Source of the DNA: a virus
Taxonomy: Duplodnaviria; Caudoviricetes
IMG/VR virus record: IMGVR_UViG_3300037440_000703
Span: 1-64,000 of that record
Length of the DNA: 64,000 nucleotides
Direction: 5' to 3' (one strand)
A program made the position numbers and the translations under genes. Positions 1 through 8,283 of the stretch are shown in pieces; position 1 is the stretch's first letter; each line of letters opens with the position of its first letter. The notes below the pieces were generated by a model. That model ran no database searches, was not told the origin of the DNA, and saw only the letters and a program-made list of their open reading frames with translations.

Positions 1-2
1 GC

Positions 3-341
3 CCGGCGGCGGGCGCCGCCCGCCGCCCGCACGCCGCCGCCCTCGACGGCAGCTCCCTACGCGGCCACGAGACCACCACCCGCGCCAGCCTCGCCGCGCT
101 CTACGGCCAGCCCCAGCCGGCGTGCCTCACCGACCCCGACGCCGCCACCGCCGAACGGCACGTCGACACCCCGCACGGTCCCGTCGCCGTCTACGACGAC
201 GTGCGGGACACCGCCAACTGGCGCACGGTCCCGGCCGGCGAAGGCGCCGACTGGCACCTCGGCGCCCACTCCGACCAGGCGGCAGCCCACGTCCGGCAGG
301 CGGTCGCCGACCGGCGGAACACCCGCCAGCCCCAGCCCTGA
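3..341 (+). CDS. Phage hypothetical protein, 5'-truncated by the window edge
   Basis: Open frame 3 from the edge to TGA 339-341 (..GSSLRGHETTTRASLAALYGQP..TPHGPVAVYD..WHLGAHS..); not in the ORF track because it has no start; resembles a recurring small phage family. Confidence 0.6.
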   Translation, partial: PAAGAARRPHAAALDGSSLRGHETTTRASLAALYGQPQPACLTDPDAATAERHVDTPHGPVAVYDDVRDTANWRTVPAGEGADWHLGAHSDQAAAHVRQAVADRRNTRQPQP

Positions 342-418
342 CCAGCCCAAACAGTTCTGGCACCCGATGCCAGAACTGTGCCCGAACGAGAAGACGATCA
401 AGATAGGACGGGGAGAAA

Positions 419-799
419 ATGGCCAACAACGCCGCGAAAGGCGCAGCACGCGAAAACCGGGTCCGCCGGCACCTCGAAACCGACGGCTACTGGGTCGTCC
501 GCTCCGCCGCGTCCAAAGGCTCGCTCGACCTGCTCGCCGTCAAACGCCCGCAGATGCTCGGCGTCCAAGTCAAATCCGGCGAGCTCTGGCGGGTCGGCGT
601 CGCCGAACACGACGAGATGTGGGAGCTGTGCCTGCGCATCGGCGCCACCCCCGTCGTCGTCCAGTGCCAGGACCGCAAGCCCGACCTGTGGTGGCGGTCC
701 ACCGGGCCGAAGGCGGGCCGGGTCGGCCGGGCGCTGCCCTACGTGCCGTTCTCGCTCGACGAGGTCGACACGGCGGCCCGGCTCGACCAGGCCGTCTAA
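419..799 (+). CDS. Archaeal-type (Hjc-like) Holliday junction resolvase, PD-(D/E)XK nuclease
   Basis: KGAARENRVRRHLETDGYWVVRSAASKGSLDLLA..VQVKS matches the Hjc pattern; SD GGGGAG upstream. Confidence 0.8.
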   Translation: MANNAAKGAARENRVRRHLETDGYWVVRSAASKGSLDLLAVKRPQMLGVQVKSGELWRVGVAEHDEMWELCLRIGATPVVVQCQDRKPDLWWRSTGPKAGRVGRALPYVPFSLDEVDTAARLDQAV

Positions 800-954
800 A
801 GCCGTGACCTGCGAAACCCCCGTCAAGGGCCCTGACGGCTCCCTACGGGGGTCAGGCCCCCCTCCCGGGTGTCATCTACCCAAGACGTGGGGGACAGGCC
901 GCTGACGGCGAGACGGCAGGGCGAGAAACGGCAAGGAAATCCGATCCTCCGACG

Positions 955-1025
955 GGCCCGCCCCGGTCTAGCTCGTGGGACGAGCGTCGACCGGGGCGGG
1001 CCGGTCGGTGTTCCCGCCCGACCGG
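955..1025. repeat. Stacked inverted repeats (hairpins) in non-coding region
   Basis: GGCCCGCCCCGGTC..GACCGGGGCGGGCC (14-bp arms, 955-1002) enclosing GCTCGT-GGG-ACGAGC, followed by CCGGTCGG..CCGACCGG (1001-1025). Confidence 0.85.
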
Positions 1026-1103
1026 GTTCTGTGGCGCAGTCCGGGCTGCGGCGTGTGTCGCGGGCCGGCTGCCGGCGGGTCGCCCGGCGGTCTGCCCGCC
1101 GCC

Positions 1104-1147
1104 TGTCGGTGCGGTTTTCCAACCGTGTCGGTCCAGTTTTCCAACCG
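1104..1147. repeat. Two tandem 22-bp direct repeats inside an 11-bp inverted repeat
   Basis: TGTCGGTGCGGTTTTCCAACCG (1104-1125) and TGTCGGTCCAGTTTTCCAACCG (1126-1147), 20/22 identical; flanked by CGGTCTGCCCG 1088-1098 and CGGGCAGACCG 1153-1163. Confidence 0.9.
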
Positions 1148-1250
1148 TCTGACGGGCAGACCGGTGGCCGGACCCTGGTCGAGATCGAACGCGAAGGGGG
1201 CGGGCCGCACGGCTGACTAGCGGCGCTAGTCGTGTAATGCTCGGGTCATA

Positions 1251-1637
1251 ATGCGAATCGACCGCGAGCTGCCCTGGACGACCCCCCGCCGGTCCTGGTA
1301 CGACCACGTCACCCCGCCGTGGGGGGAACCGGTCGCCTACCGGTGGCGGCTGGCCGACCGCACCGGCGCGCCGGTGCCCGAGTCTGTTGCGCTGGTCGAC
1401 GCGGCGGTGCCCGTGCTGGACGCGCTGCGGCGCGGTGAAACCGTGCCTGAGCTGGACCGACGGCGGTTCGCGAAGGCGCTGCGCCAGTCGGCGTTCGCGG
1501 ACCGCCGACGCGGCCACCTGTATTCGAAGGGTTCGGACGGGGTGGGCGAGACGTTCCGGTTGGCACGTGCCGCCGAGGGCGCGCTGCGTACCGCCGCCGT
1601 GCTGTTGGAGCTGCGCGGAGTCCGCTTCCGTGACTGA
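1251..1637 (+). CDS. Hypothetical protein
   Basis: 128-aa ORF with typical high-GC codon usage. Confidence 0.65.
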   Translation: MRIDRELPWTTPRRSWYDHVTPPWGEPVAYRWRLADRTGAPVPESVALVDAAVPVLDALRRGETVPELDRRRFAKALRQSAFADRRRGHLYSKGSDGVGETFRLARAAEGALRTAAVLLELRGVRFRD

Positions 1638-1659
1638 CCGTTTTGCTGTTCTAGAGAGC

Positions 1660-1689
1660 TTGGGCCATAGTATTTCGTATGGGTAGAGT
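1660..1689 (+). promoter_or_regulatory. Putative promoter of the FtsK/TraB-like operon
   Basis: TTGGGC-18 nt-TAGAGT in an AT-richer intergenic gap; CCATA..TATGG inverted repeat across the spacer. Confidence 0.4.
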
Positions 1690-1719
1690 GGCGGCGCGGT
1701 CCCGAGGGCGGGCCTTCTG

Positions 1720-3432
1720 ATGGCGACGGCGAAGTCCCCGGCCAAGGGCAAGTCCGCCACGTCCAGCGACCTGCTGGCACCGGCCCGTTTCGTCTGGCGT
1801 GCCGGGACCGAAGGTCTGCGGTACTACCGGACGCACGAGCCGGAGTTCATCGCCGGGGCCGCGCCGCTCTCCCTGTACGCGGTCGCCGCCGACGTGACCG
1901 ACCCGACGTCCGCCTGGTCGCTGTTCGTCGGCGCCACCTCGGCGGCGGGCGCGCTGCGCTACTACGGCAGCTCCGACCACGCCCGCCGCAACCGGGCGAT
2001 GCGGAAGATCGGCCGGGCGCTGGTCGAGTTCGAACTCACCGAACCGTCCGGCGAGGCGCCCCGGATGAAGAACCTGGTGTTCACCCCGGCCGGCCGGAAA
2101 GTCGACCTGCGGGTGCCGCGCCGTTCCACCGCACTGCTGTTCACGAAGTTCGTCCCGTTCCTGGAAGACGAGCTGAACGCGACGGTGCGGGTGGAGCAGA
2201 TCGCCGCGCCGAAGTTCGGCCCGGCCGCCGCGCTGTCGGCTGCGGCCGGGAAGGTGCGCGCCCGGAAGGCCGGCGGCGACGACGGTCCGGCCCCGGTGAA
2301 GGCGCTGGTGCCGCGCGGCGGGGTGCGGCTGACGATCGTGGAACGGGACACGCTGGTCGCCCCGCTGCCCGACCTGTGGCCGGTGCTGGTCCCCGGCCCG
2401 GACGGGCTGATTCCCGCCCGCCGCTGGTACGACCCGCTGCCGATCGCGAAGGACGAGGACGGCAACACCGTCGACCTGTCGTTCGCGAAACGGCCGGCGA
2501 TCCTCGTCGGCGGCGAATCGGGGTCCGGGAAGTCGGTGTTCACGCACGAGGTGGTGGGCGGCTGGCTGCTCGACCCGCGTGCCCGGCTGCTCGGCTGGGA
2601 CGGCAAAGGCGAGCTGGAGTTCACGGTCTACCAGGGTCTGGCCGACGAGATCGTAGGCCCGGACCCGGTGGTCGGTACCGAGCTGTTGAAGCTGGTGCGC
2701 GCCGAGATGACCCGACGCGAGGCGTACCTGCGGTCGATCGGCGAAGAGCAGGCCGACCCCGACGACCCGGAGTGCTACCCGCTGCTGCTCGCACTGGAAG
2801 AGCTGACGGCGTATTCGAAGCACCCCGAGTTCTGGGAGGTGCTGCTCTACCTGCTGGTGAGGGTTCGCGCGGTGAACATGCGCATGATCCTGACGATTCA
2901 GCGCCCGTCGTCGACGTCCATGCCCACCGACGTGCGGGACAACGTGGGCATGAAGGTCGCCCATTCGGTGACGACACCCGAGTCTTCCGACATGTGTCTC
3001 GGGAAGGGGTGGGCGGCGAACGGCTGGAACGCGCAGCAGATCCCGTTGGACGAGTCGGGCCAGTTCGCGGGGATCAACCTGCTGCTGACCGACGGTTCGG
3101 CGGGGCCTCGGCGGACCAGGTCGTGGCCGGTGCTGCGTCCGCAGCGGGAGCTGGTGGTGGCCCGCGCCCGGGAGCTGCGCGGGTTGGCCCAGGCCGGGCC
3201 GCGTGCGATCCCGTTCGCGAAGACACCGTCCGGGCTGGCCGTGCCGGCTCCCCGCGTGCCGGCGAACACGCCCGTCCCGGTGGCCGTCGCACCTGAACCG
3301 AAGCCCGCCGAACCGTCCGCCGCCGACGTCAACCGCGCCCAGGCCGCCCGGCGTGTGAAGCGTAACCGCCCGTCCCGCCTGGAACGGCGGCTGCGCGCCG
3401 TCGACCCGACTGTCCCCCGAGAGGAGTCCTGA
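1720..3432 (+). CDS. FtsK/SpoIIIE-family DNA translocase (actinomycete TraB-like)
   Basis: Walker A ILVGGESGSGKS, DGKGELEF, EMTRR, Walker B LLLALEEL, RAVNMRMILTIQRP; N-terminal hydrophobic segment; Pro/Ala-rich tail. Confidence 0.88.
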   Translation: MATAKSPAKGKSATSSDLLAPARFVWRAGTEGLRYYRTHEPEFIAGAAPLSLYAVAADVTDPTSAWSLFVGATSAAGALRYYGSSDHARRNRAMRKIGRALVEFELTEPSGEAPRMKNLVFTPAGRKVDLRVPRRSTALLFTKFVPFLEDELNATVRVEQIAAPKFGPAAALSAAAGKVRARKAGGDDGPAPVKALVPRGGVRLTIVERDTLVAPLPDLWPVLVPGPDGLIPARRWYDPLPIAKDEDGNTVDLSFAKRPAILVGGESGSGKSVFTHEVVGGWLLDPRARLLGWDGKGELEFTVYQGLADEIVGPDPVVGTELLKLVRAEMTRREAYLRSIGEEQADPDDPECYPLLLALEELTAYSKHPEFWEVLLYLLVRVRAVNMRMILTIQRPSSTSMPTDVRDNVGMKVAHSVTTPESSDMCLGKGWAANGWNAQQIPLDESGQFAGINLLLTDGSAGPRRTRSWPVLRPQRELVVARARELRGLAQAGPRAIPFAKTPSGLAVPAPRVPANTPVPVAVAPEPKPAEPSAADVNRAQAARRVKRNRPSRLERRLRAVDPTVPREES

Positions 3433-3677
3433 TGTCCCGCACGACCTGCCGGACTGCCGCCCGGCGGCTGGCTCGCCCACTGCCCGTCCGCGTCCGCGTG
3501 GCACTGCTCGTCGCGTTCCTGCCAGCGGTCGTCCTCGCGGCCTTCGCCGACTACGGCCAGACCTGGGACGCGGCCGTGGCGGTGCTGTCCGCCGGGGCCG
3601 CCGTCTGGGCCGGCACCACAGCCGTCTCGCTGCTCGCCCGCTACGCCGACCGTCGCACCCGAGAGGAGTCTTCCTGA
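3432..3677 (+). CDS. Small two-TM membrane protein (Spd-like position)
   Basis: TGATG-coupled to the FtsK gene; two hydrophobic helices; SD GAGGAG. Confidence 0.7.
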   Translation: MSRTTCRTAARRLARPLPVRVRVALLVAFLPAVVLAAFADYGQTWDAAVAVLSAGAAVWAGTTAVSLLARYADRRTREESS

Positions 3678-3796
3678 TGTTCGAGATGTTGCCGCTGGTC
3701 GCCGTACCGGTAGCCCTGCTGGCACTGGTGCTGCTGCTGGCCGCCGCCGCCCGGTCGAACTATTCGACCCTGCCGCCGTCCGAAGGCGACGTCTGA
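3677..3796 (+). CDS. 39-aa single-TM protein
   Basis: MFEMLPLVAVPVALLALVLLLAAAARS..; TGATG coupling on both sides; SD GAGGAG. Confidence 0.65.
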   Translation: MFEMLPLVAVPVALLALVLLLAAAARSNYSTLPPSEGDV

Positions 3797-4185
3797 TGCC
3801 CCGACGTAACCGGGCCTGCCCTGGTAACTGCGGCCGTCGGATGACCCGCCTGGAAGCGCTGACGACCAAACGCTGCCACCGGTGCCGGCACAAGCTGACG
3901 GTGGCCGCGCCCGCCGAGTCGACACGCGGCGGGGTGCAGACGTTCACCCAGCTCGCCTTTCTGGGGGAGCCGGCGGCGGTCGGCGGCTGGGCGAAACTCA
4001 ACGGCTTGGAACGGCTGGAAGAGCCTCGCGAGGACGTGGGCTTGACGCCGGCCGAGGTGCGCCGGCAGCTGGCCCCGACCTGCGAGGAACGGGCCGGGGA
4101 CGTGCTGGCCGCGAACCGTGAGCACGTGCTCGGCCTGCTGGCCAGCCAGGCGCAGCAGGAGCTGCTCGCCGCGATCGGCGGGTAG
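3796..4185 (+). CDS. Hypothetical protein with N-terminal CxxxC..CxxC zinc ribbon
   Basis: CPGNC..CHRC; coupled start. Confidence 0.65.
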   Translation: MPRRNRACPGNCGRRMTRLEALTTKRCHRCRHKLTVAAPAESTRGGVQTFTQLAFLGEPAAVGGWAKLNGLERLEEPREDVGLTPAEVRRQLAPTCEERAGDVLAANREHVLGLLASQAQQELLAAIGG

Positions 4186-4223
4186 CGGACCCCGAACGAC
4201 CCGAACCGAAGGGAGCTGGACCG

Positions 4224-4787
4224 ATGACCGCCGAAGCGTGGGCGCCGCAGGTGGTGCCCGGCAACACCCGGCTCAGCCGGCACGAACGCCGCGAGAAGGA
4301 GATGCGCGAACTGTGGGCCGAAGCCCTGGGCCTGCAAGCCCAGGGCGGCAAGGAGGCTCAGGCCGAAGCGGCCGGGCTGTTCCGCGAAGCCAACGACCTG
4401 GGCAGGCTGCTGCCCACCGAGGAGAACCGGGCGTGCGCGCTGACCGGCACGGTCGCGATGGGCCGTGCCCGTGTGCCGGGCACCGACTTCGACGCGGACG
4501 TGGCGATCTCGCACGGCGCCGACGAACGGGGCCGGACCGCGTTGGACCGCTGGGAGGGTGTCGACGGCCCGGTCGAGCGCAACAAGGTGAAGCTCGTGTC
4601 CGACGCCCGGTACCTGCTGGCGAGGCTGGCGCGGACCGACGGCAACCCGAACCGGATGGGCGCGGAGGGTGCGCTGGCCCGGCTGGGTGCGAAGGCCAAC
4701 GACTTCCTGGTGTTCGACTTCCTGCCCGACGGCCGTGTGGTCGTCGAAGTGGAACGGCCGTCTGGGCCGAAGCCCGTGGAGGGCTGA
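4224..4787 (+). CDS. Hypothetical protein
   Basis: 187 aa, SD GGGAG, coding-like composition. Confidence 0.7.
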   Translation: MTAEAWAPQVVPGNTRLSRHERREKEMRELWAEALGLQAQGGKEAQAEAAGLFREANDLGRLLPTEENRACALTGTVAMGRARVPGTDFDADVAISHGADERGRTALDRWEGVDGPVERNKVKLVSDARYLLARLARTDGNPNRMGAEGALARLGAKANDFLVFDFLPDGRVVVEVERPSGPKPVEG

Positions 4788-4790
4788 GCT

Positions 4791-5024
4791 GTGGACCGCG
4801 CGGCGCACAGCGACCCGTTTGACCAGGGGGACTTCGACCCGGAGGCCGTGCTGGACTCGCTCGGCGCGGTCTGGTCGCCGGACTTCGACGCCTTCGCGTC
4901 GGGGGAGCTGCCCGCCAGCGCCTGCCGGTGCGTGCTGTGCGGGACGGCGCCGTGCTCCTGCCCGGAGTTCGGCACCGACGAGTATTTCGCGCTGGTCGAC
5001 CGCCGTCACGGGAGGACGCGGTGA
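4791..5024 (+). CDS. Small acidic Cys-rich protein
   Basis: CRCVLCGTAPCSCP motif. Confidence 0.6.
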   Translation: MDRAAHSDPFDQGDFDPEAVLDSLGAVWSPDFDAFASGELPASACRCVLCGTAPCSCPEFGTDEYFALVDRRHGRTR

Positions 5025-5146
5025 GGGCCCGCCTGGCCGCCGCCGTCGTGGTGACACTGGCCGGCGTGCCGCCGCCGCCGGCCCCGTACCTGCTGCTGGC
5101 CGGCGGCGTGATGCTGTTCGGCCGCAGCCGACGGGCGGTGCGCTGA
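5021..5146 (+). CDS. Small hydrophobic protein
   Basis: GTGA/TGATG coupling; hydrophobic. Confidence 0.5.
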   Translation: MRARLAAAVVVTLAGVPPPPAPYLLLAGGVMLFGRSRRAVR

Positions 5147-5370
5147 TGGTGTTCCCCGCAGCCGACCGGCCGCGTTCTGGGCGGGGCGAGCCGTGCCAGT
5201 TCCTGCGCGGGGTGCGCCGTGAGGCGTTCACCTCGGTCGGCACCGGGCTGGTGTCGGGTGCGGGTTCACTGCTGGCCCGGCTGCGGCCGGACCCGGCGGC
5301 GGTGGACGCCGAACTGCTGCCCGTGGGCTGGACACCCGGACTGGACGACGACGACGAGGAGGTGGCGTGA
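5146..5370 (+). CDS. Hypothetical protein
   Basis: Coupled ORF ending DDDDEEVA. Confidence 0.5.
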   Translation: MVFPAADRPRSGRGEPCQFLRGVRREAFTSVGTGLVSGAGSLLARLRPDPAAVDAELLPVGWTPGLDDDDEEVA

Positions 5371-5576
5371 TGTTCGACGACGAGTTCGACGACGAAGGCG
5401 AAGTGGAGGTCGAGCCGACGTGGGCCGGGGCGTTCGGCGAGGCCGTGCGTGACGTGGCGGCCCTCGCGGGGGAGAGCCCGAAGGCCGCTGCCGCTCTCGC
5501 CGCTTACGGGGTGACGGCGGTCGGTGCTGTCGGGTATCTCGGCGTGTCGGCCGCGACAGCGCTTCTGGGGGCGTGA
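5367..5576 (+). CDS. Small protein with C-terminal hydrophobic helix
   Basis: SD GGAGG, coupled. Confidence 0.6.
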   Translation: MMFDDEFDDEGEVEVEPTWAGAFGEAVRDVAALAGESPKAAAALAAYGVTAVGAVGYLGVSAATALLGA

Positions 5577-5797
5577 TGTTCGACTGGTTGAAGGGCACGG
5601 GCGGGGACGACGTCGGCGAGCCGTTCACGCTGGCCGACGAGCACCGGCACCGTGTGGCCGACGGCAAGGCGAAGGTGGAACTGTTCCGACAGGCCGCCGA
5701 CGAGTCGCCGTTCCTGAGCCGCGCGGAACGGCAGGCGCGGCACGCGGAGCTGGACGGCTTTCAGGCCCGGGCAGACCGGGGGGAGTGGCTGTGGTGA
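5573..5797 (+). CDS. Hypothetical protein
   Basis: Coupled ORF. Confidence 0.6.
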   Translation: MMFDWLKGTGGDDVGEPFTLADEHRHRVADGKAKVELFRQAADESPFLSRAERQARHAELDGFQARADRGEWLW

Positions 5798-6048
5798 GGC
5801 CAGGTCCGGCGGCCTGCGACGACGGCACCCGTGCGGCGACCGCGCTGCTGACGGTACTGGTCGGCCTGTCCGTGCCGTTCGCCGCCGCGCTGGGCTTGAC
5901 CGACCAGCCGGTGGCCGCTGCCGGCGGCGGGCTGTTCGCCGTCGGCTGCGTGCTGGCCGTGCTGGCCGTGCGGGCGGTGGACCGTGATCCGACAAACGGC
6001 CCGCTGTTCCACCCGGGCGGTTCCGGGCCGTCCGGTGGCGGCCTGTGA
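5794..6048 (+). CDS. Two-TM membrane protein
   Basis: ALLTVLVGLSVPFAAALG and GGGLFAVGCVLAVLAV. Confidence 0.6.
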   Translation: MRPGPAACDDGTRAATALLTVLVGLSVPFAAALGLTDQPVAAAGGGLFAVGCVLAVLAVRAVDRDPTNGPLFHPGGSGPSGGGL

Positions 6049-6362
6049 TGGACGTGGGCAGGCTGGCGGCGAGCTTGGGCAGGTCGTTGGACGTGGTCCC
6101 GACCGTGCTGGGTGACCGGGAGTTGTACGTGCGGCTGTTCCGGGACGGGCCTGCCACCGACTGGCAGGTGTGCCGGGTCGACGACGTGGTGACCGGTTCG
6201 GGGGCGCCGGTCGCGGCGGCGTTCACGTTGCCGAACGGTGACTTGTCGTACCGGTTGGCCGCCGCCGAATGGGCTGCGCCGCTGGCTGTGGAGGAAAGGC
6301 ACCCGAAGGGGTTCGAGTGGCCGGACGCGTCCGGCTCCGACGACGACGAAGACCAAGACTGA
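6045..6362 (+). CDS. Hypothetical protein
   Basis: Coupled ORF. Confidence 0.6.
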   Translation: MMDVGRLAASLGRSLDVVPTVLGDRELYVRLFRDGPATDWQVCRVDDVVTGSGAPVAAAFTLPNGDLSYRLAAAEWAAPLAVEERHPKGFEWPDASGSDDDEDQD

Positions 6363-6381
6363 CCGATTCGAAGGAGATCCG

Positions 6382-6639
6382 TTGAACGTCCATCAGCTTC
6401 GCGAACGTCTACTCGACGAGCTTGACCCTGCCGCCGCGATGGTGGTGCCCGGTGGGGGTGTTCCCCGTGAACTGTTCGTCCAGTTGAAAGGTGTGGGGGA
6501 CAGTTTCGACGACGCTGTCGACCGGGCGGGCACTCTGGTCCGCGAGGCTGGTGCGCCGGTTGTCGCGATGTTCGACAACCTGGATTTGCAGACGGCGAGT
6601 TTCATGCTGGCCGGTTCTGAATGGCCGGACGCCGGCTGA
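6382..6639 (+). CDS. Hypothetical protein (TTG start)
   Basis: SD AAGGAG before TTG. Confidence 0.6.
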   Translation: MNVHQLRERLLDELDPAAAMVVPGGGVPRELFVQLKGVGDSFDDAVDRAGTLVREAGAPVVAMFDNLDLQTASFMLAGSEWPDAG

Positions 6640-6848
6640 TGGGGGTCTCCGCTGACGCTGTCCTCGGCTATCTGACGGACCGCCTGGCTGGCCGTAGCCA
6701 CCTGTACGACGAGGAGTCCGGCGAGCTGGTGGCGATGCTCCACGTCGACCATGCGGACGACGGGCTGGTGGTCGCGACCGTGCCGGACGTCTACCCGTAC
6801 AACGTGCTGGGCCGGTTCCGGGTGAGCGTGGAAAAAGTGGAGGACTGA
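6639..6848 (+). CDS. Hypothetical protein
   Basis: TGATG coupling. Confidence 0.6.
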   Translation: MGVSADAVLGYLTDRLAGRSHLYDEESGELVAMLHVDHADDGLVVATVPDVYPYNVLGRFRVSVEKVED

Positions 6849-6849
6849 G

Positions 6850-7077
6850 GTGAGCATCCTGTCTCGCGCATGGGACGCGACGGTCGTGCGACTGGCGGAC
6901 CGCTTCGAGGCCGAGAACGTAGAGGCTGTGCAGTCGTTCGAGCGTGCGACCGGTACGCCGCACTGGTGCCGGCTGCCCGACGGGAACGGTCACCGCATCG
7001 GCGACGAGAACGACAGCGAACTGTGGACGGCCGGCTGGCGTGCCGCCGCTGCCAGTCCGACGGAGCTGGACCGGTGA
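6850..7077 (+). CDS. Hypothetical protein
   Basis: SD GGAGG. Confidence 0.55.
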   Translation: MSILSRAWDATVVRLADRFEAENVEAVQSFERATGTPHWCRLPDGNGHRIGDENDSELWTAGWRAAAASPTELDR

Positions 7078-7294
7078 CCCGTGCGGTGGGTTGGCGTCAG
7101 GGGCGGGCGCCGCTTCCGGCCGGTAGTTCGGCGCCCGCAGGAGTTGACCCGTCGGCCCGTGCTCTCCTGTCCCCGATCGCTGGATCAGAGATTACAGCTA
7201 AGCGAAAGGTCCAGGACGCGGTCTTGTCGACGCGGACCGACGTCGTGTGGTCCGACCGCCGGGGCTGGCATGTGTCGGCCGGTGCGGGGGCGTA

Positions 7295-7501
7295 GTGGAC
7301 AACACCCAGGTCGAACGGATGTGGGGCTTGGCGTTGGAGATGGACGCCGCCGGGTGCCCGCTGGTGGCGTCCGAGGCCGCCTACGTGGCGTCGGACCTTG
7401 CGGCCGAGGTGCCGCTTGCCGAGCGGGGGCCTGTCGCCGCCGTGCTCGTCGAGATGCGTCTCGGGATGGACGCCGGTTCGACGCGAGAGTTGGGGGGCTG
7501 A
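7295..7501 (+). CDS. Hypothetical protein
   Basis: Coupled GTG start. Confidence 0.5.
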   Translation: MDNTQVERMWGLALEMDAAGCPLVASEAAYVASDLAAEVPLAERGPVAAVLVEMRLGMDAGSTRELGG

Positions 7502-7502
7502 C

Positions 7503-7754
7503 GTGACGGGCTACGAGGACACTGCCCGGCACGAGGCGGCCCACGTGGTGGTGGCCGGGGCGCTGGGCGCGTCCGACCTTTCCGCCGTTGTGTACGACCG
7601 CTGGGATGCGCTGGCGGTGTTGCGGGACGCGCAGGGCCTGCCGCTGATGCCGGCCTGCCGGCCTGCTGGACGGCCGGGACGCCGGGGACGGCGACGTCCC
7701 GCACCCGCTTGGGGTGGTGTCTACTGCCCCGGCGGTGGCGACGGCGATGACTGA
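7503..7754 (+). pseudogene. Short HEXXH (M41/FtsH-like) metallopeptidase fragment
   Basis: TARHEAAHVVVAGALG at the N-terminus, but only 83 aa with a low-complexity tail. Confidence 0.4.
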
Positions 7755-8283
7755 AGTCGTCGCGGTCCTGGACTTCGCCTGGTCGGTGCCCGCCTGGTCG
7801 GTGGGCACGGTCTCCGACCTGACCCGGCTGCCCGCCTGGCTGGTCTGGGTGCTGGCCGTACTGTGGCTGTACGGCCATTTCGACCGGCCCGTCGAGTTCG
7901 CTGCCCGCCGGGCGCGGATGCGCCGTCACGGGTTCGCCGGCTACTCCGACTACGTCCGCTCCACGCTGTGGCGGCAGCGTGCCGACCGCTGGTACGCCGT
8001 CCACGGCAAGCCGCCGTGCTGCGTGTGCGCCGCCGGCCGCGACCCGGGCCGGGTGTTTCACCTGCACCACGTCGACCGGCTGCGTGCCGGGTCGGGCCGG
8101 GAACAGGACCGTGACCTGGTGCCGGTCTGCGCCCGCTGCCACAGCCTGGCCCACAAGGTGGAACGCAGGCTGTACGCGTTCGGTTTGACGTTGCGGGCGT
8201 CGACCTGGCTGGTGCGGCATGCTGGCCTGCCTGTCCGGACGGTGCGGCGACTGGCCCGCCGGGTGCAGGGGGTGCGTCGGTGA
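7747..8283 (+). CDS. HNH endonuclease with N-terminal TM helix
   Basis: YSDYVRSTLW..CCVC..HLHH..DLVPVCARCHSLAH; LPAWLVWVLAVLWLY upstream. Confidence 0.75.
   Translation: MTEVVAVLDFAWSVPAWSVGTVSDLTRLPAWLVWVLAVLWLYGHFDRPVEFAARRARMRRHGFAGYSDYVRSTLWRQRADRWYAVHGKPPCCVCAAGRDPGRVFHLHHVDRLRAGSGREQDRDLVPVCARCHSLAHKVERRLYAFGLTLRASTWLVRHAGLPVRTVRRLARRVQGVRR

Noticed and set aside
1104-1147. TGTCGG-starting repeats as PafBC-type promoters
   Set aside because: The hexamer at N10 is CAACCG, not TAnnnT.
1651-5243. Long minus-strand ORFs (617 aa, 781 aa) and similar long antisense or alternate-frame ORFs elsewhere (39740-41830, 50811-53267, 56733-59589)
   Set aside because: Shadow ORFs expected at this GC content; Arg/Pro/Gly-rich, no motifs, and they overlap well-supported genes.
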